Source: a bacterium (GTDB taxonomy: Bacteria > Patescibacteriota > Dojkabacteria > SC72). From it: DNA of 64,000 nucleotides. Below, piece by piece: positions 29,874-39,681 of this stretch. The notes beneath the pieces were generated by a model. It saw nothing but the letters and a program-made list of their open reading frames with translations, did not search any database and was not told the DNA's origin. The position numbers were made by a program, and so were the translations under genes. The DNA lies in assembly GCA_021463465.1 (NCBI GenBank), contig JAJTYH010000003.1:211549-275548 (forward strand), in the 5' to 3' direction. Position 1 is the stretch's first letter. Each line of letters starts with the position of its first letter.

Positions 29874-30121
29874 TTGCAGTTTCAAGAGTGAAGTGATATC
29901 ATCAATGCATTCTAATATAATGAATATGTTAGAAGTTAGCTGGTTAGAAATATATAGAAATACTTGCAAAACATTTTAAATCTAATGAGAAAAGTTCGTA
30001 CATGCTACACAAATATCCCAACGTTATCAGAAGGTAATTAGCCTTTGATTTTTGTGATATTTACTTTTTCTCCTTAAAGTATATTTTTACCCGGTGTATG
30101 TAATTTAAGTGCTTTAGAAGT

Positions 30122-31642
30122 ATGGAAATACTTTATGTATTGATGTCTGCGGTTGCTGCAGGAGCAGGAGTCTTTGCCTTTCTTAAATACGGTAAAAGAT
30201 GGGTGTCAGTCTCAGACCTTCCTGAGGACGTTGTCCTGAAAGCTGCCAATGAACGAATGGCATCAAAGATGGCTGAGGCAGATGCTGAGGTCGCTAAGAT
30301 TAAAGAAGATGCTGATAACCGTGCTCGACAGGTGCGTCGTGAAATGGTTGAGCAAGAAGATTTACTTGTTCAGCGCGAGAAGAAGATTAATGAGAGATCT
30401 CGGCTTTTAGATAATAAGGCGGAAGAGCTAGAGAAAGGTAAAGATGAGCTTAAAGGTATGCAAAAAGGTATAGAAACCTCACGAACTAAGCTTAAGGAGC
30501 AGTTGGAAAAGATTTCGGGGTTGACCAAAGATGAAGCTAAGAAGAAGTTGATGGAAGAGGTAGAGGAAGATATGAAGAATTACGAAGCTACCTTAATCCG
30601 TAAGGCTGAGAAGAGTGCAGAAGAACAAGCAGAAGACAGAGCAAAAAACATTCTTGTCGAAACAATGCAACGTGTTGCCACTGATTATGTGGGTGAAACA
30701 ACAACAACTTCGGTTAAGGTCGAAGATGAGAAAGTCAAAGGTAGAATTATTGGTAAAGAGGGGCGAAATATTCGCGCATTCGAAAAGGCCACTGGTGTAG
30801 ACGTTATTGTTGATGAATCCCCAAATACTATTGGACTTTCCTCCTTCGACCCTCTTCGAAGAGAAATTGCGCGTGTAGCACTCCTTAAATTGATGGGGGA
30901 TGGAAGGATTCATCCAGGATTCATTGAAGAGGTAATTCAGAAAGCTAAAAACGAAGTAGCCATTGAGATTAAGAAAAATGGTGAAATTCTGGCAGATGAG
31001 TCAGATTGGCCAGGTATGGATATGGGTCTTTTAAAACTTGTAGGTAAGATGAAGTATAGGACCAGTTACGGTCAGTCATTAATGGGTCATACTATTGAAA
31101 TGATGAGAATAGGTGCAGCTTTGGCAGCCGAACTTAAGGCTGATGTCGCCTTGGTTAAAAAGGCGTGTCTCCTTCATGATGTGGGTAAGGTACTCACACA
31201 TAAATTAGATATTCCTCACCATCACATTTCAGGGCAGATTGCTCGTAAATATGGATTGGATGAGAAATTGGTCAATGCCATTGAATCACATCACGGTGAC
31301 ATTACTCCAACAAGTGTGGAAGCCATTATTGTAGCTGTTGCAGACGCAATTTCTGGTGCCAGACCAGGTGCTCGAAAAGATAGTTACGAGCAGTATGTAA
31401 AGCGAATTGAGGGAATTGAGAATGCAGCTAAAGAAGTTGGTGGAGAGAGGATTAATGAAGTATTTGCTATTAGAGCTGGTAGAGAGGTACGTGTAATTGT
31501 TGATCCAATAGCTATTTCCGATGATGAAGCAAAAGTCATGGCTAAAAAGATTGCTGAGAATATTGAGAAGACTCAGAACTACCCAGGTAATATTGAGATC
31601 TCAGTAATTCGTGAGTTTAGAGCTACAGAATTAGCAAAATAA
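30122..31642 (+). CDS. rny: ribonuclease Y
   Basis: N-terminal TM, coiled coil, KH domain (GRIIGKEGRNIRAFE), HD domain (HDVGK). Confidence 0.9.
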   Translation: MEILYVLMSAVAAGAGVFAFLKYGKRWVSVSDLPEDVVLKAANERMASKMAEADAEVAKIKEDADNRARQVRREMVEQEDLLVQREKKINERSRLLDNKAEELEKGKDELKGMQKGIETSRTKLKEQLEKISGLTKDEAKKKLMEEVEEDMKNYEATLIRKAEKSAEEQAEDRAKNILVETMQRVATDYVGETTTTSVKVEDEKVKGRIIGKEGRNIRAFEKATGVDVIVDESPNTIGLSSFDPLRREIARVALLKLMGDGRIHPGFIEEVIQKAKNEVAIEIKKNGEILADESDWPGMDMGLLKLVGKMKYRTSYGQSLMGHTIEMMRIGAALAAELKADVALVKKACLLHDVGKVLTHKLDIPHHHISGQIARKYGLDEKLVNAIESHHGDITPTSVEAIIVAVADAISGARPGARKDSYEQYVKRIEGIENAAKEVGGERINEVFAIRAGREVRVIVDPIAISDDEAKVMAKKIAENIEKTQNYPGNIEISVIREFRATELAK

Positions 31643-31643
31643 T

Positions 31644-32435
31644 ATGATAAAAGTCCTATTTATAGGTGATGTGTGTGGCAAACCAGGTAGAGTGGCTGTA
31701 ACTTCAGCTGTACACGATCTGGTACGGAAAGAGAAAATAGACGTAGTCATTACTAACGTTGAGAACTCTGCCCACGGCCGTGGAGCCACCGTAGAAACTG
31801 TCAATGAGCTTATGGGAGCCGGGGTGGATTTTATGACTGCTGGCAACCATATCTGGCGTCGTCCCGACCATGTGGATTTATTATCAGGAGATTATCCTGT
31901 GATTCGAGCTTTAAATTACCCTGAAGACTTGCCAGGAAAGGGTTTTGGTGAGGTCGATTTGGGTGGTAAGGGTAAACTTCTAGTAATTTCACTTATGGGT
32001 TGGGCGGGTATGAACGAGCGTACTATAACTGAACCATTTCGTAAGATTGACGAGTTTCTTAAGGGTGTAGATTATGATAAATACGCTGGTATTTTGATTG
32101 ATTTTCACGCTGAAAGTACGTCCGAAAAAGTATCATTCGGACTATACGTGGATGGTAGAGTGAGCGCTGTTGTGGGTACTCATACTCATGTTCCAACGGC
32201 TGACGAAAGATTGTTACCACAAGGTTCCGCGTATGTTACCGATACAGGAATGGTTGGGCCAATGAATTCGTCATTATGGGTAAAAAAGGAGATTATCTTC
32301 CAGCAAAATATGTTCCCATACTCTCCGAGGTACGACATCGAAGAAGAAGGCCCTGTCCGATTCGATAGTGTCCTTATAGAAATCGATAGCGCCAAATCAG
32401 CGAAAAGTATCCGTCGTATAAATAAAGTCCTATAA
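31644..32435 (+). CDS. YmdB-like metallophosphoesterase (2',3'-cyclic nucleotide phosphodiesterase family)
   Basis: MIKVLFIGDVCGKPGR, IDFHAESTSEK, GTHTHVPTAD; conserved rny-ymdB pairing. Confidence 0.85.
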   Translation: MIKVLFIGDVCGKPGRVAVTSAVHDLVRKEKIDVVITNVENSAHGRGATVETVNELMGAGVDFMTAGNHIWRRPDHVDLLSGDYPVIRALNYPEDLPGKGFGEVDLGGKGKLLVISLMGWAGMNERTITEPFRKIDEFLKGVDYDKYAGILIDFHAESTSEKVSFGLYVDGRVSAVVGTHTHVPTADERLLPQGSAYVTDTGMVGPMNSSLWVKKEIIFQQNMFPYSPRYDIEEEGPVRFDSVLIEIDSAKSAKSIRRINKVL

Positions 32436-32550
32436 TTCCGCCTAATATTGACTTCTACTTGCCAGTGCATTATTTTATGCTTAGATGACAACTTCTCGCG
32501 TCAAAACGCAAGAAAGTACATCTATCACTACGAGAAAGGAGGATACTATT

Positions 32551-32823
32551 ATGTTAAAGATGGATGTCGTACAAGCAGTTGCTTCTGCAGCTGGTCTTAC
32601 CAAAAAGCAAGCTACAATGGCAGTTGATGCTATGTTAGATGCAGTTGCCGCATCTCTTAAGAAGGGTGATCCCGTTCTTTTGACCGGCTTCGGTAAGTTC
32701 GAAGTTCGAACCAGAGCAGCAAGAGTAGGAATCAATCCTAAGACTCTTTCAAAGATTAACTTGCCTGCTTCTAAAGTCCCAGCATTCAAGGCTGGTAAGG
32801 CTTTAAAGATGGCTGTTAAGTAG
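32551..32823 (+). CDS. hup: DNA-binding protein HU
   Basis: 90-aa HU signature (GFGKFEVRTRAARVGINPKT); RBS AAAGGAGG upstream; ATG at 32551. Confidence 0.88.
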   Translation: MLKMDVVQAVASAAGLTKKQATMAVDAMLDAVAASLKKGDPVLLTGFGKFEVRTRAARVGINPKTLSKINLPASKVPAFKAGKALKMAVK

Positions 32824-32861
32824 GTGCTGCCGGTATTTCTCTGTATAAGAGAGGTATTACT

Positions 32862-32915
32862 GGGGCCCTGGACTGTAAGGACTCGCGTCTTTATTGTTCA
32901 GGGCCCCTTTCATAT
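32862..32915 (+). terminator. long GC-rich hairpin after hup (putative terminator)
   Basis: GGGGCCCTG (32862-32870) pairs with CAGGGCCCC (32899-32907), then TTTCATATTTCC. Confidence 0.35.
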
Positions 32916-32985
32916 TTCCTTTCGTATTGCGACTTTATCCCTTTTCTATTACACTGGAGGAAGTTAAGTATATAACTGCCGAAAA

Positions 32986-34335
32986 GTGCTTGAGCTGTTT
33001 GTTCCGAACATCAAAAATCATTACAAACCTTTGTTGCTTCGAAATAGCGCCTTACTCGTTTACACAGTGTTTATTTTCCTAGTTAACACGTACGGAGGAG
33101 TATTTGGGATTTCCCAAGTAGAAGCAAGCAGTATTACCCCAAATAATGTGATTAGTTTGACCAATAAAGAGAGAACTAAATATGGACTCTCTGGGCTCAA
33201 AAGTAATTCACAATTAGCTTCAGCAGCATTAGCGAAGGCTAATAATATGTTAAGCGTACAGTATTGGAATCACTTTGGTCCTAATGGCGAGACCCCTTGG
33301 CAATTTATTAAAGCTGCTGGATATACTTATATTTACGCCGGAGAGAATCTAGCGAAGGGCTTTAAAAGCTCTGAAGGTGTTGTAGAGGCCTGGATGGCTA
33401 GCCCTACCCATCGAGATAACATCCTCAGTGGTAATTACCGTGATATTGGTGTTGCTGTTGTTAATGGGCAGTTATTAGGTGACGAGGTAACCCTAGTAGT
33501 ACAAATGTTTGGGAATCAGACTAACTCTGTAGTGCCAAGTCCTAAACCGAATGTGAATGGTTCGCAAACTGAATCAGGACAGACTTTGAGTATCAAAATT
33601 ACTTCTCCAGAAAACAATACAATTCTTAATGATGCAAATGTTAACTTGAAAGGAACTGTATCTAAAAGTACGCCCTATACCGTAGAGATTTCTGAAAAAG
33701 GAGTACCTGTTGGTGCTTTTGAAAGTAATGATACCAATTGGGAATGGGATAAACAGTCAGATTGGAGCGAGGGGAAGCACACGGTAACAGTCAAATTGAA
33801 GAATGTGAAAGAAGCAAGTGATAGTGTTGTATTCAGAATCGATAGTACATCGCCTGTTCTCGAAAGATTTGAAGCAGTATCCAAAGGACTTGATTGGAAG
33901 ATATCAGGGAAAGTAGATGATTCTAATAGTACAATTAATATTGTATCAGGTGATTTTAATAAGTCTGCTGTGATTAATGAAAGTGGTGAATTTACAGCAG
34001 AAATCCCAGGATCAGAATTGAAAGAGAAGGTCACTTTGATTGTATCTGATACAATGGGAAATACAAATGAGGTAGATGTGACTGACTATTTTACAACTGA
34101 AAATGAAACAACGGCGCTTGGAGCAATTTGGAATGCAGTTAATAACCTTTATAGTAAAAGTACAATAAACGGAGTATTTTTAGGGTTCATACTGTTACTT
34201 CTAATTATAGAAATAATTACATATTGGAGGAAAGGATTGCTTATGAAGCATGGAGGGAATATTTTTACATTAGGATTTTGGTGGCTGCTTTTGCTAGTAG
34301 GGGTTGTCAATGGTTTCAATGGTAGTATAAACTAA
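32986..34335 (+). CDS. secreted CAP/SCP/PR1-like domain protein with C-terminal TM anchor
   Basis: GTG start; signal peptide; CAP-like motifs (HFGPNGE, GENLAKG, WMASPTHRDNIL, YRDIGVAV); C-terminal TM. Confidence 0.55.
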   Translation: MLELFVPNIKNHYKPLLLRNSALLVYTVFIFLVNTYGGVFGISQVEASSITPNNVISLTNKERTKYGLSGLKSNSQLASAALAKANNMLSVQYWNHFGPNGETPWQFIKAAGYTYIYAGENLAKGFKSSEGVVEAWMASPTHRDNILSGNYRDIGVAVVNGQLLGDEVTLVVQMFGNQTNSVVPSPKPNVNGSQTESGQTLSIKITSPENNTILNDANVNLKGTVSKSTPYTVEISEKGVPVGAFESNDTNWEWDKQSDWSEGKHTVTVKLKNVKEASDSVVFRIDSTSPVLERFEAVSKGLDWKISGKVDDSNSTINIVSGDFNKSAVINESGEFTAEIPGSELKEKVTLIVSDTMGNTNEVDVTDYFTTENETTALGAIWNAVNNLYSKSTINGVFLGFILLLLIIEIITYWRKGLLMKHGGNIFTLGFWWLLLLVGVVNGFNGSIN

Positions 34336-34347
34336 GGATAGAATCAT

Positions 34348-35145
34348 ATGTTTGAACTGATTAAGCAGTACCGTCGAGAATTTGTATATAGTTCTTATCT
34401 TTTTTTGATTTTCGAGCTTTTGGTAACGCCGTCTTTTTCGGTGAATATCTTCTATTTCTCCGTTGTAGCGTTAGTTGGGTATGTATTAATCAATATATGG
34501 CTACTCTCGACCTATCAGCTTCATTCCGCTCGTAGGGTATCTCAATATAGTGATGTTTTGCTGCGCGTAAACTTATGGGAGAGATTATTCTCTTACGTGC
34601 TTTTGCCTCTCTTATTTTATACCGCGGTAGTTACTTTTCTTCTGTTTTCTCCTTCAAGTACACTCAATCAAATTGTGACCGTAATATCGGTATTTCTCTT
34701 TTTCTACTTATTTCTATATGTTAGGACCTCTTATGAGAAGGTATATTCAGTTCACCGGATGACTCGAGTTTCCACAGATTTTGTATCAATTGTGGTCTAC
34801 TTCATGACCCTTTCTGTCTTAAGTCATGTGTTAGTCGATGAAGTGTATTTTGCTCTAATCCTGTTTTTCTTTACGCTTTTCTGTTTTATCTACATCCTCT
34901 ACCATCACAATAAATTTGAGATAAACTCAATTCTGCTTGGGCTAGTTTCCGCAGTTGTAATAACTTTCGTCTATTACAACTCTAATTTCGCAGGGCCCTA
35001 TGCCTTATCTGCAATTCTTTCCGTTCTTTATTATCTCGTTGTCTCGCTTTGGAACGTTAGGTTTTCAGGATCTACGGCGCTTGGTGATTATATCCCCCCC
35101 GTCATGTATTCAGTAATGGCGATTATTCTTATCCTTGGGTTATGA
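34348..35145 (+). CDS. polytopic membrane protein, unknown function
   Basis: About 8 hydrophobic helices. Confidence 0.4.
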   Translation: MFELIKQYRREFVYSSYLFLIFELLVTPSFSVNIFYFSVVALVGYVLINIWLLSTYQLHSARRVSQYSDVLLRVNLWERLFSYVLLPLLFYTAVVTFLLFSPSSTLNQIVTVISVFLFFYLFLYVRTSYEKVYSVHRMTRVSTDFVSIVVYFMTLSVLSHVLVDEVYFALILFFFTLFCFIYILYHHNKFEINSILLGLVSAVVITFVYYNSNFAGPYALSAILSVLYYLVVSLWNVRFSGSTALGDYIPPVMYSVMAIILILGL

Positions 35146-35843
35146 ACGCAAGTTTTGTCATAAAAATAGGTGGATCCCTCCTTTATAATGACGATGTAAC
35201 ACCCAACAAAGCCTTTCTATTGAAGCTGAAAGAGTGGCACGCAAAGTATAAGCCTTTAATTGATAAACTTGTCGTTGTAATAGGTGGAGGTAAACTATCT
35301 CGAGAGGTTGGTGAGAACGTAAAATCACTTATCCCTCCTGAACATATTCATGATGTAGCGATGCAGATTACACAGGTAAATGCTGAGATAGTTAAGGGAT
35401 ACCTGGCTGATGAGAGTATTATCACCCCTCAAACCCTCAAAGAAGCGCTTACAGTTTTAGAGAGTAATCAGCCCGGGATTGTTATTTCTGGAGGGCTTAA
35501 AAAAGGTTGGAGTACGGATATGGATGCTGCAGTATTTGCCGATGTACTCAAACTCAAACAGGTTTACAAGCTTAGTAATGTGGAAGGTGTTTTTGATGGA
35601 GATCCCAAGCAGAATCCAAATGCTAAATTAATTACGAAAATAACATGGAGAGAGTATATGTCGCTCTTTGAGATTAATTCTAAAAGCACGCACCAGCCTA
35701 ATAAGAGTAGTCCAATCAGCGCTGAAACGGCACTATTTTGTGCGCAAAAAGGAATCACATACTTTGTTGCAGGAGGCAAGAACATTTACGATAAAGCTGA
35801 TTTATCAATGGTTTTTGAGTCAGGAACGGTGATTACACCTTAG
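35142..35843 (+). CDS. amino-acid-kinase-fold protein, UMP kinase-like
   Basis: IKIGGS, VVVIGGGK, GVFDGDPKQNPNAKLI resemble PyrH motifs. Confidence 0.5.
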   Translation: MNASFVIKIGGSLLYNDDVTPNKAFLLKLKEWHAKYKPLIDKLVVVIGGGKLSREVGENVKSLIPPEHIHDVAMQITQVNAEIVKGYLADESIITPQTLKEALTVLESNQPGIVISGGLKKGWSTDMDAAVFADVLKLKQVYKLSNVEGVFDGDPKQNPNAKLITKITWREYMSLFEINSKSTHQPNKSSPISAETALFCAQKGITYFVAGGKNIYDKADLSMVFESGTVITP

Positions 35844-36304
35844 TCAATCACTTCAGCAATTTTGTACTCAACTTTCTCTTTAGGTGTAACAAATTCAAAA
35901 GTATCGCCTTCAGATAGGTTCAAAATAGCGCCACCCAGAGGGGAGTTATAAGAGACTTTCCCTTCTAAAGGGTTAGATTCATTGGCTCCAACAAGGGTAA
36001 TTTTCTTTTTAAGACCTTTTTTGTCCTGAAGTACAACTGTGTCTCCTAATTCTACTTTGCCTTTGGTTTTGGACTTTACAATTTTGGCTTTAGAAATAAG
36101 TTCTTCCAAGCGCATAATTTCAGCTTCATTGTTCTTGAAGTCCTCCATAGCCAAAGTAAAGCCGTCGTTCTCTCTTAAATCACCAGCATCTCGGGTAGAC
36201 TCTAGAACGACCTTTAACTCTTCTTTTTTAACCAGCTTTTCTGCAAGTTCAGCTTTAGCTTGCTCGAGCCCTTTGGCAGTGACCAAAAATCTATCTTTTC
36301 TCAT
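35840..36304 (-). CDS. greA: transcription elongation factor GreA
   Basis: Coiled-coil tip AGDLRENDGF and a C-terminal FKBP-like domain. Confidence 0.85.
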   Translation of the reverse strand: MRKDRFLVTAKGLEQAKAELAEKLVKKEELKVVLESTRDAGDLRENDGFTLAMEDFKNNEAEIMRLEELISKAKIVKSKTKGKVELGDTVVLQDKKGLKKKITLVGANESNPLEGKVSYNSPLGGAILNLSEGDTFEFVTPKEKVEYKIAEVID

Positions 36305-36411
36305 AGTTAAGACGTCAAAATTAATAAATTGATTTACAAAAAATGTTTTCTTGGGAAGTTAAAAATCAATACTGTCAAATGATAATACTTATGGTTTGGG
36401 TTGTCAATTTG

Positions 36412-36420
36412 TGATAGAAT
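36412..36420 (+). promoter_or_regulatory. possible extended -10 (TGATAGAAT) for tRNA-Glu
   Basis: TGn + TAGAAT 13 nt upstream of the tRNA 5' end. Confidence 0.3.
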
Positions 36421-36432
36421 CATCGCGTTTAT

Positions 36433-36504
36433 GCCGCCATCGTCTAGTGGTTAGGACGTATGATTCTCAATCATAGAACCAGAGTTCGATTCTCTGTGGC
36501 GGCA
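36433..36504 (+). tRNA. tRNA-Glu (anticodon CUC)
   Basis: Cloverleaf: acceptor GCCGCCA/TGGCGGC, anticodon stem TATGA/TCATA with loop TTCTCAA, T-arm CAGAG-TTCGATT-CTCTG; no encoded CCA. Confidence 0.85.
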
Positions 36505-36537
36505 GGTTATCGATACTCCCCAGAAAGTGTAAAAGTT

Positions 36538-37164
36538 ATGTATTTTGATGATCTCGACTTCTTCAATCATGAGCGTCGTTTGACACGGAGTAAATTTGTT
36601 ACCGGAATTGTTGATTTCTGCTTTAATATTCATAACGCTCAGTTTAAGTCCAATGCTGAAGCATATATCGATAATAAGGGGGAGTTTCGAGTTGAGGATG
36701 TAATAGAGGATGAAGCTTTGCAGTATGCTTGGGAGTTTGATACTGTCGATGCATTTAAAAAGTCTCTGCTTACTGCACACGGAGTAATGAGAGGGTTGTG
36801 TGAGCTTCACGGTAAAGATTACGTTTACACTATTTCTAATTCTCTGCTGGAGTTTTGTGACGAACTTGAAGAGTTAAGTGCAGGTAGTAAATACCTTCTT
36901 GCTATGCCTGCGCTAGGTATAGCCTTTAACTCTCTAGATAAAAGAAAAGTTGCCTTGAGCAAAGGCGATAGTGTCATCAAAGCTATTGTGATTGCAAAGA
37001 AAACTATTCAAGCAGTTGTAGCATTATCTGGAATGAAGCATAATAATAGTGAATCTATGGCATTGACTATATTTAGTACGTATCTTGATTGGTTTAAATT
37101 ATCTGAAACTCTTGGGCTCAGTTATGAAGATAGACGTCCTTACGATCTTTCCAGAGCAAATTAA
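36538..37164 (+). CDS. hypothetical protein (3' end overlaps trmD by about 40 nt)
   Basis: 208-aa ORF starting after the tRNA; no recognisable motif. Confidence 0.35.
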   Translation: MYFDDLDFFNHERRLTRSKFVTGIVDFCFNIHNAQFKSNAEAYIDNKGEFRVEDVIEDEALQYAWEFDTVDAFKKSLLTAHGVMRGLCELHGKDYVYTISNSLLEFCDELEELSAGSKYLLAMPALGIAFNSLDKRKVALSKGDSVIKAIVIAKKTIQAVVALSGMKHNNSESMALTIFSTYLDWFKLSETLGLSYEDRRPYDLSRAN

Positions 37165-37792
37165 AACCTTCCTTACAGAAGGACTTTTCCGGATTGCTTT
37201 TGAAAAAGGTTTAGTGGAAATTAAAGTTCACAATCTAAGAGATTGGACAGATGATGTCCATAAGAGTGTAGATGACACACCTTTTGGTGGTGGTGCTGGG
37301 ATGGTAATGAAGATTGAACCTATTTTTAAAGCCCTAAGAGAACTAAAAAAGAAAGAAACAAAGGTTGTAATTACTACCCCAAGAGGTGAAAAATTGACTC
37401 AGCAAAAACTGAAGTCACTGTCAAACAATTGTGACCATTACATTATCCTTTGTGGTCATTACGAAGGATTTGATGAAAGAATTCATGAGTTCTTGGCCGA
37501 TTATGAAATTTCAATAGGTGATTTTGTACTCTCGGGAGGAGAACTACCCGCTCTAGTTATAATGGATGGCTTAATTCGCCTTATTCCAGGCGTGTTGGGC
37601 AATCAAGAGTCTTTAGCTGAAGAGTCTTTTGAAGAAGGTTTGGAGTATCCGCAGTATACTCGACCAGCAGATTTTGAAGGTATGAAGGTACCCGAGATTC
37701 TTCTGTCAGGACATGATGAAAATATCAAGAAATGGCGAAAGAAGAAATCGGAGGAGATAACAAGAAAACGCCGACCCGATATTGCTAAATAG
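37124..37792 (+). CDS. trmD: tRNA (guanine37-N1)-methyltransferase
   Basis: MKIDVLTIFPE N-terminus, SPOUT fold motifs. Confidence 0.85.
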   Translation: MKIDVLTIFPEQIKTFLTEGLFRIAFEKGLVEIKVHNLRDWTDDVHKSVDDTPFGGGAGMVMKIEPIFKALRELKKKETKVVITTPRGEKLTQQKLKSLSNNCDHYIILCGHYEGFDERIHEFLADYEISIGDFVLSGGELPALVIMDGLIRLIPGVLGNQESLAEESFEEGLEYPQYTRPADFEGMKVPEILLSGHDENIKKWRKKKSEEITRKRRPDIAK

Positions 37793-37859
37793 CCTCTAAT
37801 ATGATTTAATTGCAAATGTTTTAAGGGTATTAAGGCATGTAATTTCTATCAACAGAATT

Positions 37860-38327
37860 ATGATTTTTGGTAAGAAATACAAAATCACGACCCAGAAGAA
37901 AAATGAATTAGAGAAAGAACTCAAGCAACTTGAGACTGTTGGTAGGAAGAATATTGCTGATAAACTCGACTGGTTGCGAGGACAGATGGTGGACGACGAA
38001 GATGATCCTATCTCTGATGCCTTAGATGACAAGAACTTCCTTGAAAAAAGAATTGCTGAATTGAAAGATATTTTGGCTAATTGCTCAGTCGTTGAGGATA
38101 ATAAGAATTTCAAAATTGTTGAGGTAGGTTGTAAGGTGAAAGTAGGATTTGAGGGTTTTGAAGAAGAATATACAATTGTATCTTCTCTTGAGGCTGATCC
38201 TGTGAAGAAGAGAATTTCCGATGAATCTCCTGTAGGGAAAGCTCTGTTAGGTGCCAACGTAGGTGATGAAGTCGAAGTGAACATTGGGGCTGTAAACAAA
38301 AAGTTTAGGGTACTTAAGATTAATTAA
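37860..38327 (+). CDS. GreA/GreB-family paralogue with non-canonical coiled-coil tip
   Basis: GreA-like architecture; C-terminal SPVGKALLGANVGDEVEV; tip region VDDEDDPISD lacks the canonical GDLxENxEY. Confidence 0.7.
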   Translation: MIFGKKYKITTQKKNELEKELKQLETVGRKNIADKLDWLRGQMVDDEDDPISDALDDKNFLEKRIAELKDILANCSVVEDNKNFKIVEVGCKVKVGFEGFEEEYTIVSSLEADPVKKRISDESPVGKALLGANVGDEVEVNIGAVNKKFRVLKIN

Positions 38328-38338
38328 ACATTAATTGC

Positions 38339-39679
38339 ATGGCTAAGATTAAAAAGTTTAGAGTAAATACATCTCATCTTAGACCAGACGAAATGGAGGT
38401 GTTAGATATTTTGGAAGAGGTGGGTCAGGTGATTCATGATATCTGGGAAGTTCAGGTAAACCCAACAACAAAGAAAATAACTTTGTATGATGAAGGTATT
38501 TCACGTGATGAAGTAGTTCAAGCTGCTGAAACTGATCCTGAAATCCTTTCACCCTACACAGTAGTGCGAAGAGGGGATGATGGCTCACTTTACACAATTC
38601 CTTATACTCAAGAGTACAAAGAAGATATTGCAAAGATAATCGGACTTTTGAAAGATGCTGAAAAAGCATCTAAGGATTTTGGATTTAGAACCTACCTTCG
38701 AAATATTTACAGAGCATGGGAAAAAGGCGATTTTGATGCCGCACTACTTGAATATCTTAAGAATGACAATCACAAAATTGGCATTCTTATGGGACCGCTT
38801 GAGACATATGTAGACAAATTAATGGGCCTGAAGAAGGCCTTTCAGTTTAACCTAAGAGTGAAGCGAGATAAGGATACGCAAGAAGTAGAGAAGATGATTG
38901 AGATTGCTAAGAGTCTTCCCGTACTCAAACCTTACCTTTCCGTTTCTCATCAGTTTGGCGAAGATAAGATTTTTATGAGGGTTGATGATGTCGTGATGTT
39001 CTCAGGACGTCAAGCTGGCACTCGTTCTGCGTCTACTAACTTGCCTAATGAGGCTGCTTTGGTCAAGAAATTCGGTACACGAGTTGTTGTTTATAAAAAT
39101 TCACTTGATGAGAAATTCGAAGATCTTTTCATGCCATTCCTTAAGAAAATCAGCGGACAAAACTTTGTATTTGATAATGCTGGCATGAAGGTAGCAGCCA
39201 GCAGAATTATAATTTTGCATGAAATTTCGGAAGGCTTGATTAAATTTGCAGATGCTGGTGCTCGTTTGAAGGGGAATGAGGATGCAGTGCGAGAAATTAA
39301 TGCTTATCTTATGGGAGTTAAGAGTGCTACCCATCATATGCTTAAAGGTTTGATTTCTGAGAAAGAGTATTATGAAATAATAGTAATGCTCCTAGTTGTA
39401 GGATTAGATAAGCTTTCAAGAATGGAAACTGATCCTTCAGTTTATGAGTACGCTAGAGGTTTTGCTGTGGTTTTCAATTACCTTGAACAAGTTGGTGCAA
39501 TCAAGATTTCGAACAAAAAAATGAAATTGGATTTGTCTAAAGTGATTCAAGCAGTTGATGCACTCTCAAGCGTTATCCTTTCGATATATCACGAGAGCAA
39601 ATTCGATGAATCAGCACAACTTTTTGACACTTACGGAAGTTTTGATATTGGAAAAAGGTTACCACTTATCAAACGATAG
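38339..39679 (+). CDS. hypothetical protein (446 aa)
   Basis: Long ORF, no recognisable motif. Confidence 0.45.
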   Translation: MAKIKKFRVNTSHLRPDEMEVLDILEEVGQVIHDIWEVQVNPTTKKITLYDEGISRDEVVQAAETDPEILSPYTVVRRGDDGSLYTIPYTQEYKEDIAKIIGLLKDAEKASKDFGFRTYLRNIYRAWEKGDFDAALLEYLKNDNHKIGILMGPLETYVDKLMGLKKAFQFNLRVKRDKDTQEVEKMIEIAKSLPVLKPYLSVSHQFGEDKIFMRVDDVVMFSGRQAGTRSASTNLPNEAALVKKFGTRVVVYKNSLDEKFEDLFMPFLKKISGQNFVFDNAGMKVAASRIIILHEISEGLIKFADAGARLKGNEDAVREINAYLMGVKSATHHMLKGLISEKEYYEIIVMLLVVGLDKLSRMETDPSVYEYARGFAVVFNYLEQVGAIKISNKKMKLDLSKVIQAVDALSSVILSIYHESKFDESAQLFDTYGSFDIGKRLPLIKR

Positions 39680-39681
39680 GA

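Noticed and set aside
32862-32907. Possible SRP (4.5S) RNA suggested by GGGGCCC...GGGCCCC ends
   Set aside because: Far too short (about 46 nt) and lacks the conserved domain IV GGAAGCAG motif. Better explained as a terminator hairpin.
32894-33082. 62-aa + strand ORF in the hup-CAP intergenic region
   Set aside because: It overlaps the hairpin and the signal-peptide region of the downstream gene in another frame. No support.
36451-36537. ORF starts overlapping tRNA-Glu (36451-36810 - and the 36460 start of the + ORF)
   Set aside because: They overlap a well-formed tRNA. The + ORF was trimmed to the first ATG downstream of the tRNA.
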